Shown: piece by piece, positions 12,442 to 24,960 of the stretch
Numbering within the stretch: position 1 is the first letter of the stretch
How the letters are laid out: each line of letters opens with the position of its first letter
Origin: Squalus acanthias
Lineage: Eukaryota
NCBI GenBank assembly: GCA_030390025.1
Contig: CM059434.1
Coordinates: forward strand, 44,020,001-44,084,000
DNA length: 64,000 nt
Direction of reading: 5' to 3'
The notes under the pieces: model-generated
Database searches by the model: none
What the model saw: the letters and a program-made list of their open reading frames with translations, nothing else
What the model was told of the DNA's origin: nothing
Position numbers and translations under genes: made by a program

Positions 12442-13079
12442 ACCACATAAGTCCACGGCTCATCAGTGCAGTTCATTATTTTCTTTTTCTTTTATGAGCT
12501 CTGAAGTGACTCATAACAATGTGTGAGTGAGTGTGTATCTGTGTAACTGAGAACAATAACAATTGTTCCATCTTAAAGTGTTAGGACCATCGCAGAAGCT
12601 TGACTTAATGTTGAATTTGAACTCCCTCCAATCTAGTGGGTCTGAAGCCAAAATTAATATGAAAATAAACAAAACACACCCCACAGTGGCCTAGTGAGGT
12701 AGATACATAGTCTAGTGTGATACTAAGCCATACAGACCAGGAAGTCTGGATCAGACTCGGCTATGATGCTCACTTTCTCTCTTCATTCTGTTTTCCTTTC
12801 TGGTTAAAGGCTGTCTAGCTGGTGTATGTTGCTGGTGCTGGGATTCTAACAGGGCTTCTCTCATTCCATGTCTCGCTCTCCAATGAAAGAAACCAAGGCA
12901 ATACTATTTGGACACAGGTTTCTCCCAGAACCTATAGCATAATTGAACAGGCTCCAATTAAAAGGATAGGACCTTTCCAACTGATTTCACTTTTTAAATC
13001 TGACAGTTTGGCTTTGCCTTGTTCGAAACAAGGCTCTCCAGCCCTACACCACATCTGTCACTCCCCACTCTTCTGCATT

Positions 13080-13370
13080 TGAAATATTGAGCATCCCAAC
13101 CACTTCCACTCCATAATCAGTGGCAGAGCTTTCAGCCACTCCTCCATAAATGAAGTTGAAGTAGATAAGGATGAAGTTCAAAAATCAGAGTGTAGGATCT
13201 TTCTGGACAAATGGCCTTCCAGGTCCATATTTATCCTGTGTTCAAAGTTTTACTCTGGAATTCTATTCCTAATCCCTTTGCCTCACTACATCTCTCCCAA
13301 CCTTCAGAGCTTTCCTCAAAACCTACCTTTTCGACCTTACCTTTGGTTACTTTGTCTAATTCTTCTCCCA
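13080..13370 (+). mobile_element. Decayed L2 3' fragment
   Basis: ggcagagctttcagc...ctctggaattctattcc...cctcaaaacctaccttttcgacc (GRAFS...LWNS...LKTYLFD). Confidence 0.65.
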
Positions 13371-15671
13371 ATTCCTGCTTGGTGTCCAAATACCAAATTA
13401 CCCTGTGAAGTACCGGGGATGGGGTGAGGGTGGGGGGTGGGGCGGGTGCAAGGCAGGGGGTGTTCCACTGGCTGAAAGGTACTACATATGTGTAAGCTTT
13501 TGATGAAATACAGGCCCAACACCCGCACAAGTGCAATATTGGACATGAACATGTTACAAAAATCTTCCATCAGACAGAACATATAGTACAGCTGTTCTGA
13601 AGTCACAAGCAAATTAGATACAACCTGTTACCCTGTGGGAGGTGGGTCTGGTGCACCAATCTCATTATCTCTCTCTCTCTAATCCATCCCCCCTCAAACA
13701 AACTGCATAATTAGACTTTCTTTTGCACTAAAACAACACATTTACTCACGGCCCTTGACTCCTACCCCTGTGGCACCAGTCATTCTTCTTTAGAAGTTTA
13801 CATCCTTAAAGGGACAGAACATTTGGGGCAAGGGTACTCATTTCCTCGAACAGCTGGTTATGAAAATGCTGTTGCCTGTGCGGATTCATTCACTTTGTAG
13901 CAGACGTTATATATATGCTGCGGGGAAACCCTTTTCAATGTGTAGCTTTCATATTTTTATTATGGATTTTATTAAAGTATAAAAAATGTACAGTGACGCA
14001 TGATCACATTGTGTTTCTAAATGTAACACAGTGTACTACAGAGCACTTTACCATGATGACACCTGATTTTAAAATTATTTATATTGCACCCAAAGAGCAC
14101 TTAACAAAATAGCAGAGGTTCCTGGAGTGTCATTGTACCCTAGTTTTGTCCAGTGTCCCTTCAAACATCCTGCGCTGCTGGTTCACTTACCCCACCAGGT
14201 GAAGGAAAATTAAAGTAATTTCTCTCAAGCATTTCCACTAAACCCCTTCCCATTTTGTGGCAGGTGCACAATACATCTTCGTCAAAACATAGCGTGTTAG
14301 TGCCAGCAAGCAGTGCATTCAAACTGGCCCTCACACCATTTTTAACCATAGGTTACCACAGCCTTAATAAATTCCAGTCATACAAAACCTTTTGTCATTA
14401 ATATTCAGAAGGGACTGTGTGCCAGACTGACTTCCAGTCGAGAGTGAGTTGGAGGTTTCACATTATAGTCAGCATTCAGCACTGCACTTTAACTCCTACA
14501 ATACTGGCTGCCATTAGCTGCCTACTTCCATCAAAGCCTAGCTTCAGGCTAATCCATAGAATTTGACCCAATTGAACTTGGTTCTTATTTTGTGTTGGGT
14601 TTGACTTGAGGTGACCTCATTGCCCTTGAACTCAGAGCCACACACAAACTAGCTGCCAGCCAGGGTCATGCGGCACCTTGGCTCGGGCGCTGGTGCAGTG
14701 AGTTCAAACTGAGACAGTTAAAATGCAACTATCTCCCAGCCGTGATCACTCCAACCAAGTCTGGGTAGCGTGCTCGAACTCATTTCTGAGTCACTGAGCT
14801 TCAGCCTGCATTGCCATACCAGGAAAAACATACAGCTGGCAGGGAACTTACAGAAAGCCTAGGTTATATATAGTACACCTATACATTATCTGTTTCTGCA
14901 AGCTTATTCCTTCTTGACAGAAGGAGACGCATTGGCGAGGCTCAGCTTGCTTGGATTGTGCATCCTGTCAGTTTATAACAGAGGTCACTGATGACAGCTA
15001 TGGAGAAGGCCACAGTCGATATCATTGCACTCTGCCAGCACAAAATAAAACAAGGGAATTGGGAGAAAAGAGGGAGAGCACATAGGAAGGGAGGACATTG
15101 AAAGTCACTTAGCAAAACTACAATTGTAAACAGTTGGTGTGCGGGATTTTTACTTTACTCTTTTATAAAATAAAAACCCGACTGTATCACTGACCTCAAC
15201 ATATTCACTTTAAATTGACTGAAGTAAACTGTATTTGTCAATACTGTTTTGGAGTTTTGTCCCTATGTAGCAGTAATTACAGTTCTAGATGACATCCCAT
15301 TCTGGAGTGCACATACTATTCCAGAGCTTGTGACGTTGCAACCTATAGGTTAATGTTATACATACCATTCATATCTAGAGGTTTGTGCTGAAGGGGTTAA
15401 ATTCGAAGTACAACATACATCCCATACAATACTAAACTGCATGCCTGCGGAACAGATATAGTTTCCCCCCCGCGCACCCCCCCCGCTTCCGTTGAAACAC
15501 AAGAGGTCAAAATGAAAAGAGCGCTTAACGTGTTTCATATCAGTTACACTGGAAGTCTACCTGACATATTCCATTCATTTCTGTTAAAGGAGTTCTACCA
15601 ACTTACGGGAGATAAAGGTACTGCAGTATGTGTAAGAATTTAGAACAACTTGCACCACCTACCAGAATCAC

Positions 15672-15789
15672 AAGGTAATTTTAACCCAACCTGCCATTAA
15701 TGGAAAGTAAAATCAGGCGGGGTGGGAAACGGGCGGCCACTCCAATCCCGTCCGTTTCCCACTAGGTGGTTTAGGTTAAAGTTACCCCC
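15672..15789. mobile_element. Harbinger-type MITE
   Basis: Ends ggtaattttaacccaacc...ggtttaggttaaagttaccccc; internal hairpin gtgggaaacggg/ccgtttcccac. Confidence 0.6.
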
Positions 15790-16009
15790 TCAGTCAGCAT
15801 GCTCTCATAAGCAATGCTGAATGAGGGCAGTTGAGCAAGACTGAGAGATGCACCAGAACAGCACCCTCTCCTAGTAACATTTACAATATACATCAGCAAC
15901 TTCCCTCCAGTAACATTTACAGTGCATATCAGTTTCACCCCTTCCCCTTCTGTAACACTTACAATACAAATGTATTCTTTTAAATGTTTTTAAATTGGTA
16001 GGGAGACGT

Positions 16010-16240
16010 AAATTCAGCCAGACTTTCCCGTCCTGATTGCTACCCAATTATCAGTTATGGGAAATGCATGAATGTAAACACTGGGTAAGGACAGGATCAA
16101 GTTTGGCTGTGATGCCCTCAATGGTCAAATAGCTTGTTGACACTCACTACCTCACACATGAAGAATGGGCAGCTGCTGTCCGTGTAACCCAGCAAGAGTC
16201 AGTGCCTTCAGAAATGGAAAGTGGAAAGCTGGGGAAAAAT
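16010..16240 (+). mobile_element. SINE family B, 3' half
   Basis: ggacaggatcaagtttggctgtgatgccc...cacacatgaagaatgg...cagcaagagtcagtgccttcag. Confidence 0.75.
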
Positions 16241-17424
16241 AGCAAGCTGAATCAAATGTTCGGAAATCCCCAACCAACACACACCCCTTGGCTGACAATG
16301 ATAAATGAGTTTGCTAAGTCTGTGGTGAACAGATTGCACACTTACCAGTAATCAACTGAATTCTCCAATCAAAGGTTGTGTCAGCAGCATCGCATTTGGT
16401 GAAGAAATGGTGTAAAAGTGTTTCTGTAGGCTTCAGAAGAATAAGATTTCCAGATCGCATTTCATTGTCCCAGTCTGACTGATGAGAGGTTTGAACTCCC
16501 TGTAGGGTTTTACATTGAAGGGCGTCCCTCACAGTGCAGAGAGAGCTGGACAAGCTGGGAAAGCTTGTGTGTTTTTTTTTTACAAGCTGAAGCCGTCTAA
16601 CTGGTTACTTTTAAAACGACATTTTAACTATTTAGCTAAATTGTGCGAAGGAAGGTGAGAAACAGAAGGAGACCTGCAAAAAAAACACCCAGGGCTTTCA
16701 CACCTCTCAGGCCGCACAACGCTAAGCTGACTTGCTTTGAGGCCCAGATGGCTTAAAGCAAAACTTTTCACACAATCAGGTAAAAAAAGACAAAAGTCAG
16801 ACAACAGATGTCCAGTGTAGATAGCAGAGTGTACTTCAGTGACAATGTGTAAAAATAACAGGAAAAATTACTTTATAAAAAGAGCGAAAATCACTGAACC
16901 GTATCTCCCCTTCACTTAGCTATCACCAAACAAAAGAGAGGCATTCGTACTGTGTGGTTTTGCACATAAGTCACATGCGCTACTATCTAAAAGTAAAACT
17001 GAGCACTATCAAGTAACTTCACAATATGAGTAATCTGTTGTCTGCTCTTTAACAGATGAGGACTGCTAGAGCTCACTGCTCGCTCTGTCACACCTCACAG
17101 ATACTCTCTGGGAACACTGGGACTGAAATACTGAAGAGCTTTGTCATTGAGGAGCTGTACCTTTGTCCTTCTCACCAAGGGTTGATGATTTTTCCCCCAC
17201 TCCATTTTTTTTCCATGATTGGCTCTGCTACATCTTGTGAAGAGATAGGAGCAATTTTCATCTTCCCCTGTAGAGCACACTGGGGGGAACCTAATTCTAA
17301 TGGTTATGTTGGCTTCTTCAGCACTGCTTGTGATCAGTCAGTCTCTAGGTAGGTACTTTATTAGCAATGTCACAATATTCAAAGGAACCCCAACATAGCA
17401 TGCAACTGAGAGTCTTGAGATATC

Positions 17425-17540
17425 GCTGAACATAGGACCATAGCAACAGGAATAGGCCATTTGGCCCCTCGAACCCAATTCATTTTGTCAGCCATGGTAA
17501 TTCTATCTATTTAATCCCTCTTCTTATTCCCTTTCTCCAT
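17425..17540 (-). mobile_element. Short CR1 3' tail remnant
   Basis: gaacataggaccatagcaacaggaataggccatttggcccctcgaacc. Confidence 0.55.
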
Positions 17541-17844
17541 GGGGCCGATAATGTACCACTTTAGTACCAATAGCACTGCAGCCAAATGTTGCTTACATTA
17601 GCTATCTGTTCCTCACATTACAGAGCGCTGAAGTTTGGGGCCTGCTCAACTCCCTGTGCACAGAGTGTACAATATTACATCACACACCTGTGGTTCTCAG
17701 AGCCTTTGTAACTGTTGTGCACTAGGCTGGTTAAAGCCCGAGAAATGTAAGTAGGCCACCTGAACAGCGTTCCAAATAGTCAGCACCCATATAAAGCAGC
17801 TGCTACATGGAAGGCCCCTTTTCCCAAGTTGGGTCTTTGTTGTT

Positions 17845-18272
17845 AAGAAAGAACATTTATATAGTGCCTTTCACATCCTCATGGCACCCCAAGTGCTTAA
17901 AAAAACTGATTTTCCTTGCAGTCACTGTTGTTATGCAAACAAACAAGGAAGCCAATTTATGCACAGCAAGGTCCCACAAAATGCAATGACCAGTTGATCT
18001 GTTTTGGTGGTGTAGGTTGAGGGTTAAATGTTGGCCAGGATACCTCCCCTGCTCCTCTTCGAATAGCGCCATGTGACCTTTTATATTCATCTGAACAGGC
18101 AGATGAGGCCTCGCTTTAACATCTCAGCCAAAAGACAACTCTTCCAGCAATACAGCACACCCCTGAGGACTGCACTGAAATGTGAGCGTAGATTTTGCAC
18201 TCAAGTCCTGGAATGAGACTTAAACCCATGATCTTCTGGCTCAGAGGGGAGAGTGCTACCAATGAGCCAAGG
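17845..18272 (-). mobile_element. Deu-domain SINE, full-length
   Basis: Tail catttatatagtgcctttcac, core gaggcctcgctttaacatctc and head gtgctaccaatgagccaagg, all in reverse complement. Confidence 0.8.
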
Positions 18273-18499
18273 TAATACCTAAAGGTGTAAAGGTAGATGG
18301 TGTATTGCTATTTTGATGCTTCCCATGCAGCTCTTTATCATTCACTGCTTCTGTGCTATATTGTTGTTTTGGAAGAAAGCAGGTTAGTGAAACTTTTTGG
18401 AGCCTTGTTAAGAGCTCCTTAAAGCTGCACCACATCTGTCATCTGTGTCTATTTCCCCAGGGACTGGTCATTGTGTGCTGTTTTTAGAGGAGCTTGGGT

Positions 18500-19550
18500 A
18501 TGGCTCCAGGCATTCTTCTCTATTTGCAGATGCTGGAGGAGGAGGATCTTAGGAGGCATGTCAGACAAGTATGATTGCACCTCAGGAGATCAATGAGGAC
18601 TCACCCTTACATTGTCAGCCACGTTTACAGGCCCAAACATTCATACATGGACACGTCAGACAAGATCTGCAAAACAATCCCCAAGGAGGTCATAATGGAA
18701 CTTTGCATACTCCGGCAACCAGACCTCCAAACCACTTCAAAAACAGAGATGACTTTGTCAATTGCAGTCACAGTGATCACGGCCTTGAACTTTTATGCTA
18801 CAAGGTAGTTCAAAGCAAAGCAGGATATATCTGCCAAATCTTCTAGCCTGCATAGTTGCATCATGCAAGTCACAAATGCCTTGTTAGGCTGGACTCAATT
18901 TTTCCATGGAAAACAGGCAGGAACGCAAGGGCGCCCGGAACATTTACCAGCTGATTGGATTCCCCAAAATGCATGGCTGTAACACCACTCCTTTCGTGAA
19001 TGTGAAGCGGGTTCTATTCAATCAAAGTGACTCTGGTCTGTGATGACAGGGAGTGAATTGTGCACCTATATGCCTGCTACCCTGGCAGTTACCAAGATTC
19101 ATTCATTTTACGGTAACCCATGGGTTCTGCCATTATTTGAACGGCCCTGAAGACTGGATGAATGGCTGTTGGGGGACCAAGGGTATCCACTGCAGCTATG
19201 CCTTTTTATTACAACTGAAGAACCCAAGGACAAGAGAGGAAGAGTGATATAATGAGGCACATGCTACTACCAAGACATCCTGAAGCAAAGTTTCAGATAC
19301 TTGGATCAATCCAGGGAGTGCTGCAGTCTTGACTAAAAACAAGTGTTCAAAATGGTTGTAGCTTGCTGCATGTTACACAACTTAACCCTGCAAAGGGACC
19401 TTACCTTGAGCAGGCTACAGAAGACATGCAGCATCAACCGATCACAGAAGATGACCCCAACCAAGAGCCAGATTACTTGTCTGCCCAAACAACCAGCCAA
19501 TCAGCCAGTGTGATAAGTTAGTCTGTAATAGAAGACCACTTTCAGTTAAC
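18500..19550 (+). pseudogene. Decayed PIF/Harbinger DDE transposase (HARBI1-like)
   Basis: Motifs in the expected order across frameshifts: VYRPKHSY...KEVIMELC...TALNFYAT; GFPKMHG; FYSI.V.LVCD; YPGSYQDSFILR; WLLGDQGYPL; YNEAH; LKQSFRYLD; VVACCMLHNL. Confidence 0.9.
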
Positions 19551-20097
19551 AGTACTACATTGCCAAAGAACAACTGTCATTTCCAATATTCTAGTCAAAT
19601 GAACCATCATCCCCACTGCCTTCAGCCTTACATCAGATCCTTTGAGTACAGCACCATTTCTCACCAACTATCTTAATCTGCCTCAATGCAAAAGAGCTAT
19701 CAACACACAGTACTGAATCAGAGATCACACATTTTGATGGACTAAAGTGTGTGACACAGATGCGTTCAGTGTGGTGTTGTCCAGTGCTGCTCCTTTGTCA
19801 TATTTTACCTTCTTCATTTGCAGGATAGCTTTAAGAGAGGAGCCCTGAAATCCCAACCGTGACCCTCCTGTGCTTCCAGCACTTCACGCACCATGCTGTC
19901 AGAGGACCACACTAATATTTAAATGAGCTGACTTTTGCATTATAGCGTAACGATTGCTCATTTCACTGCCGGCACTTGCTGCACCCGAGGAGCAGTGGTC
20001 CCATCACCAATGCACCAGGACCACATGTTTGGCCCCATATCCCTTTAATACCCTTACTTTCTAAAAATGTCAATGGATTCCACGTCTATCGCCTTCT

Positions 20098-21665
20098 TAG
20101 ACTCATATAATAGTACAGCACAGAAGGAGGCCATTTGGCCCATCAAGTCTGCGCCGGCTCTTTCGAAGAGCAATCCAGTTAGCCCCACTCTTTTCCCATA
20201 ACCCTGCAAGTTTTTCTCCAAGTATTTATCCAATTCCCTTTTGAAGGCTATTGAATCTATAGCCACCACCCTATCAGACAGTCCATTCCAAATCCTAACC
20301 ACTCGTTGCGTAAAAAAACATTTCCTCATGTTGCCTCTGGTACTTTTGCCAATAGCCTTATATCTGTATCCTCTTCTTATCGACCCTTTCAGCCATTGGA
20401 AATAGTTTCTCTTTATTTACTCTATCTTAATCCTTCATGATTTAAACACCTCTCTCATATCACCTCTTAGCCTCCTCTACTCCAAGGAGAACAACCCTAG
20501 TCTATCCACGTAACTGTAATCCCTCATCCCTGGAACCGTTCTTGTAAATCTCTTCTGCGCCCTCTCCAAAGCCTTCACGTCCTTCCTAAAGTGTGGTGCC
20601 CAGAATTGGACACAATACTCCAGCTGGGGCTGGACTAGTGTTTTATATAGGTTTAGTATAACTTCCTGGCTTTTGTACTCTATGCCTCTATTTGTAAAGC
20701 CCAGGATCCCAGATGCTTTATTAATTGCTTTGTTAACCTGTCCTGCCACCTTCAGTAATTTGTGCAAAAGCACCCCCAGGTCTCTCTCTTCTTGCACCCT
20801 GTACCATTTAGTATGTAGGGTCTCTCCTCATTCTTCCTACCAAAATGTATCACCTCACACTTCTGTACATTGAAATTCATCTGCCATGTGTCCGCCCATT
20901 CTACTAACCTGTCTATGTCTTCTTGAAGTCTATTCCTATCTTCCTCACTGTTTACTACACTTCAAGTTTCGTGGCATCTGCAAATTTTGAAATTGTGCCC
21001 TGTACTCCCAAGCAATGTTCCCTCTAATTTTCCCCCCCCGCGCGGACCTTTTAAATTTGTGCAGCAGCACCCGCAGGCAGTCTCTCTTCTTGCAGCCCCT
21101 GGTATTGTGCCCTGTACCCCCAAGCAATGTTCCCTCTAATTTTTTTTTCCCCGCACGGGCCTTTTAAATTTGCTGCAGCAGCCGCGCATGCGCAGTATCA
21201 CTTCCAGCAGCAGCAGCTGGTGAGCAGCCTGCGCGGGACCACGTGACTGGTGCACAGCCGCGCACCTTAGGGGGAACATTGCCCCCAAGTCCAAGTCATT
21301 GATGCATATCAAAAACGGCAGTGGTCCTAGTACTGAACACTGGGGGACTCCATTGTATACCTCCCTCCAGTCCGAAAAACAGCCATTCACCACAACTCTC
21401 TGTTTTCTATCCCTTGGCCAATTTTGTATCCATGCTGCAACTACCCCTTTTATCCCATGGGCTTCAATTTTGCTAACAAGCCTAATATGTGGTACTTTAT
21501 CAAACGCCTTTTGAAAGTCCAAATACACAACATCAACTACACTGCCCTCATCCACCCTCTCTGTTACCTCATCAAAAAACTCAATCAAGTTAGTCAAACA
21601 CGATTTACCCTTAACAAATCCGGGTTGGATCTCCTTTATTAGTCCATGCTTGTCCAAGTGGCTGA
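20098..21665 (-). mobile_element. 5'-truncated CR1 LINE (RT region and 3' UTR), frameshifted
   Basis: GFVKGKSCLTNL...YLDFQKAFDKVPH, GVPQ, ERDLGV, LEYCVQFWAP and FFTQRVV.IWN on the minus strand; CR1 3' UTR hairpin at ~20110-20190. Confidence 0.95.
21125..21281. mobile_element. 157-bp hAT-type MITE inserted into CR1
   Basis: TIRs caatgttccctctaa / ttagggggaacattg; perfect 8-bp TSD cccccaag (21117-21124 and 21282-21289). Confidence 0.92.
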
Positions 21666-23244
21666 GGCAGTGCATTCCACATTCGCACAACCCTTAATGT
21701 GATGACATTTTTACTGGATTCACTTTTCACTAGTTTAGGTTGAATTCTAAGGCTGCATCAATGAATCCTTCAGCTCCATTTCCATACTACTCCTGCTTGG
21801 ACGTTGTGTTGGGACTGCCTTTGAGAATTACAGGTAGTGCCAATGATGCATTCATCCAATGCGTGTAAATCTGACATAATTTTGTTGCAATTCCATCCTT
21901 TTGTTCCACCCTTTTCATTGTTGTTACTAAAACACTAATTTCACTGATATTCATGCGGCTCTGTGTTTTCTTTAAGAATGTGATTTATTTCAACAGAATA
22001 GCTGGCAGGATTTAGAGGTTGTCGCACAATTAGAAGGCGAAGATAGGTGAGGGACATGCAAGACAGCATGGAGGGAGGGAAGACAAAAGCACAACTAAAG
22101 GTAATCATTTATTATAAGGCAAAATGTTCCACTGGCAAAGTGCTCCGAAAGTTCTGGCACAGGGTTGCAAGAGATCAGGGAAAATATTTCACACGTGTTG
22201 AAGTGACTATACATTACATAAGTTGGAATGATGTCACACTGACTCTGGCTTTTTTTTGTAGAATTTTGGCAGAACGAAAGAAAATTAGTCAAATTTTCCC
22301 ATTTCTATGTGACTGGGGTGTGAGAAGTGGGCACAGGCTGGGTGGAGGCTTGCTCGCTCTTATTCCAATACAGGCTAATACCTGACACTGCAGGAACAAA
22401 AGGGAGCAACACGTTGATTCAACAACACAGCTAAACCCTTTCCTAGTGAGGCACTCCACTACATTCAATTTTGCAACTGTATGAGTAAAGCATTATTTTT
22501 CTTGCTTATCTCCTCTCCTCCATCCCACTCCTCGAAAGCAGATTTGAAAATGTTAACACCCAATACTTGGAATCCAGTTAGCAACTATTGCTAACTGTCA
22601 TCTTTTTATACAAGAGTGCAAAATTGTATCTTCTACTTACCTTCCTCCAACTGAAAGCATAATGCAAAACAATGAAAATTGGTCATTTATTACTGATGCG
22701 TGCAGACACCATCAGTTATAATCCAAAGCCTAGCAAAAATGTCTGTACATAGAGTCCACTGTGATTATATTATGTACATGTGTCGCTGGGGCACAAATTT
22801 GTCTCTCTTCCTCCTCCAGTACACCTTACACTCTTGTGAAAATGATGACAGTTATGGATGCTCCCTTAACCCTACAGTTTCCAGTGCAATGCTGCCTTTC
22901 TAAGCACACTCAACTCCCGCTGAGGATGGCACAACTGGAGAGCTTTGCAGCCACCTTGCTGTCCTTTTGGAGCATCTTCTATACTGTCTGTATACCGTGG
23001 TCTCAGTGCTGTTACCGTTTTATTTTTTAATTAACCCAGAAGAGCTGCTGCCTGACTAAATAGCCGAGGACAAGATTCAAGTGGAGCGAGTCGCGCTTCC
23101 CTGGTGCTCTTCTGACAGAACTGTTTGCTTCTGCATGGGGTTCCTCAAAATGAGGGCAGCCCCGCAACTTGAACTTGGGCCAACCTGTTAAAGTCAGCTG
23201 AGCTAGTGGGTGGTCGACAGAAAAGGGCATTACTTCCTCCCCTC

Positions 23245-23725
23245 CACGGCTCAATGCCTAACTGCACCATCCAGCGTGAAACTGAGATGCAGAGACCAAG
23301 AAGGTCCCACATTGAAGCCACCGGTCTGTTCTGAGTTAGTTGCTCACATCGAGGGCAGTAATAGGGGTGCACCAATTGGCCTCAGCACCCCTGTGCTTGA
23401 GAAGGGGAAACTTCAATCAGCCAGGGTTCCTGCTCCTGATTGGCATCCAACAACCTGAGCTGGAAAGAATGCACACGTAGATTTTGGGTGAAGACAGGGT
23501 CAGACTCGCTTGTTCCAATAGAATAGTGTATTGGCACTCAGTAGGTCATTTTCAACTTCACTGTCTGGCCAGTAATATATTGGGTGGGCGATTCGCTTGG
23601 CTAGATACTGCTCAGATGGCAACGGTAAAAATCACCCCCCTCACTGTCCAAACTCACAGAAGGAGAGAGGACACTTGGGTGAGGTATTGGACAGCCACCA
23701 GCACCTGTGAAACTGTTCCCCAACA
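23245..23725 (+). mobile_element. SINE family B, with a MITE at ~23541-23640; tail resumes at 24960-25000 after a CR1
   Basis: caattggcctcagcacccctg...aatcagccagggttcctgctcctgat; tail gccttcaagagaggagg after the CR1; MITE ends ggtcattttcaac...aaaaatcacccc with tca flanks. Confidence 0.8.
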
Positions 23726-24960
23726 TGATGAGGTAACAGAAAGGGTTGATGAGGACAATACGGTTCACGTGGTGTACATGGACTTCCAAAAGGCGTTTGA
23801 TTAAAGTGCCACATAATAGGCTTGCCAGCAAAGCTGAAGCCCATGGAATAAAAGGGACAGTGGCAACATGGATACGAAATTGGCTAAGTGACAGGAAAAA
23901 GAGAGTAGTGGTGAACGGTTGTTTTTCGGACTGGAGGAAGGTATACAGTGGTGTTCCCTAGTGGTCGGTACTAGGACCACTGCTTTTCCTGACATATATT
24001 AATGACTTGGACTTGGGAATACAGGGCACAATTTCAAAATTTGCAGATGACACAAAACTTGGAAGAATAGTGAACAGTGAGGAGGATAGTGAGAGACTTC
24101 AAGAGGACATAGACAGGCTGGTGGAATGGGCGGACACGTGGCAGATGAAATTTAACGCAGAAAAGTGCGAAGTGATGCATTTTGGTAGAAAGAATGAAAA
24201 GAGGCGATATAAACTAAAGGATACAATTCTAAAGGAGGTGCATGAACAGAGAGACCTGGGGGTATATGTGCACAAATCATTGACGGTGGCAGGGCAGGTT
24301 GAGAAAGCGGTTAAAAAAGCATACGGGATCCTGGGCCTCATAAATAGAGGCATAGAGTACAAAAGCAAGGAAGTTATGATGAACCTTTATAAAATGCTGG
24401 TTCGGCCTCAACTGGAGTATTTTGTCTAATTCTGGGCACCACACTTTAGGAAGGATGTGAAGGCCTTAGAGAGGGTGCAGAAAAGATTTACGAGAATGGT
24501 TCCATGGATGAGAGACTTCAGTTACGTGGATAGACTGGAGAAGTTGGGGTTGTTCTCCTTAGAGCAGAGAAGGTTGAGAGGAGATTTGATAGAGGTGTTC
24601 AAAATCATGAGGTGTCTAGACAGAGTAGATAGAGAGAAACTGTTCCCATTGGCGGAAGGGTCGAGAACCAGAGGACACAGATTTAAGGTGATTGGTAAAA
24701 GAACCAAAGGCGACATGAGGAAAAACTTTTTTATGCAGCAAGTGGTTAGGATCTGGAATGCACTGCCTGAAAGGGTGGTGGAGGCAGACTCATTCATGGC
24801 TTTCAAAAGGGAATTGGATAAGTACCTGAAGGAAAAAAATTTGCAGGGCTACGGGGAAAGGGTGGGGGAGTGGGACTAGCTGAAGTGCTCTTGCAGAGAG
24901 CCGGCACAGGCTCGACGAACCGAATGGCCTCCTTCTGTGCTGTAACCATTCTATGAATTC
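23726..24960 (+). mobile_element. 5'-truncated CR1 LINE (RT region and 3' UTR)
   Basis: YMDFQKAFD, ISKFADDTKLG, RDLGV, ERVQKRFTRM and RIWNALP; ttctatga tail; few disabling mutations. Confidence 0.95.

Noticed and set aside
13414-13460. G-quadruplex-capable G-tract
   Set aside because: Such tracts are common throughout this window and lack functional context.
18500-19550. Domesticated HARBI1 gene
   Set aside because: Multiple frameshifts, deletions and stops show a dead transposon copy.
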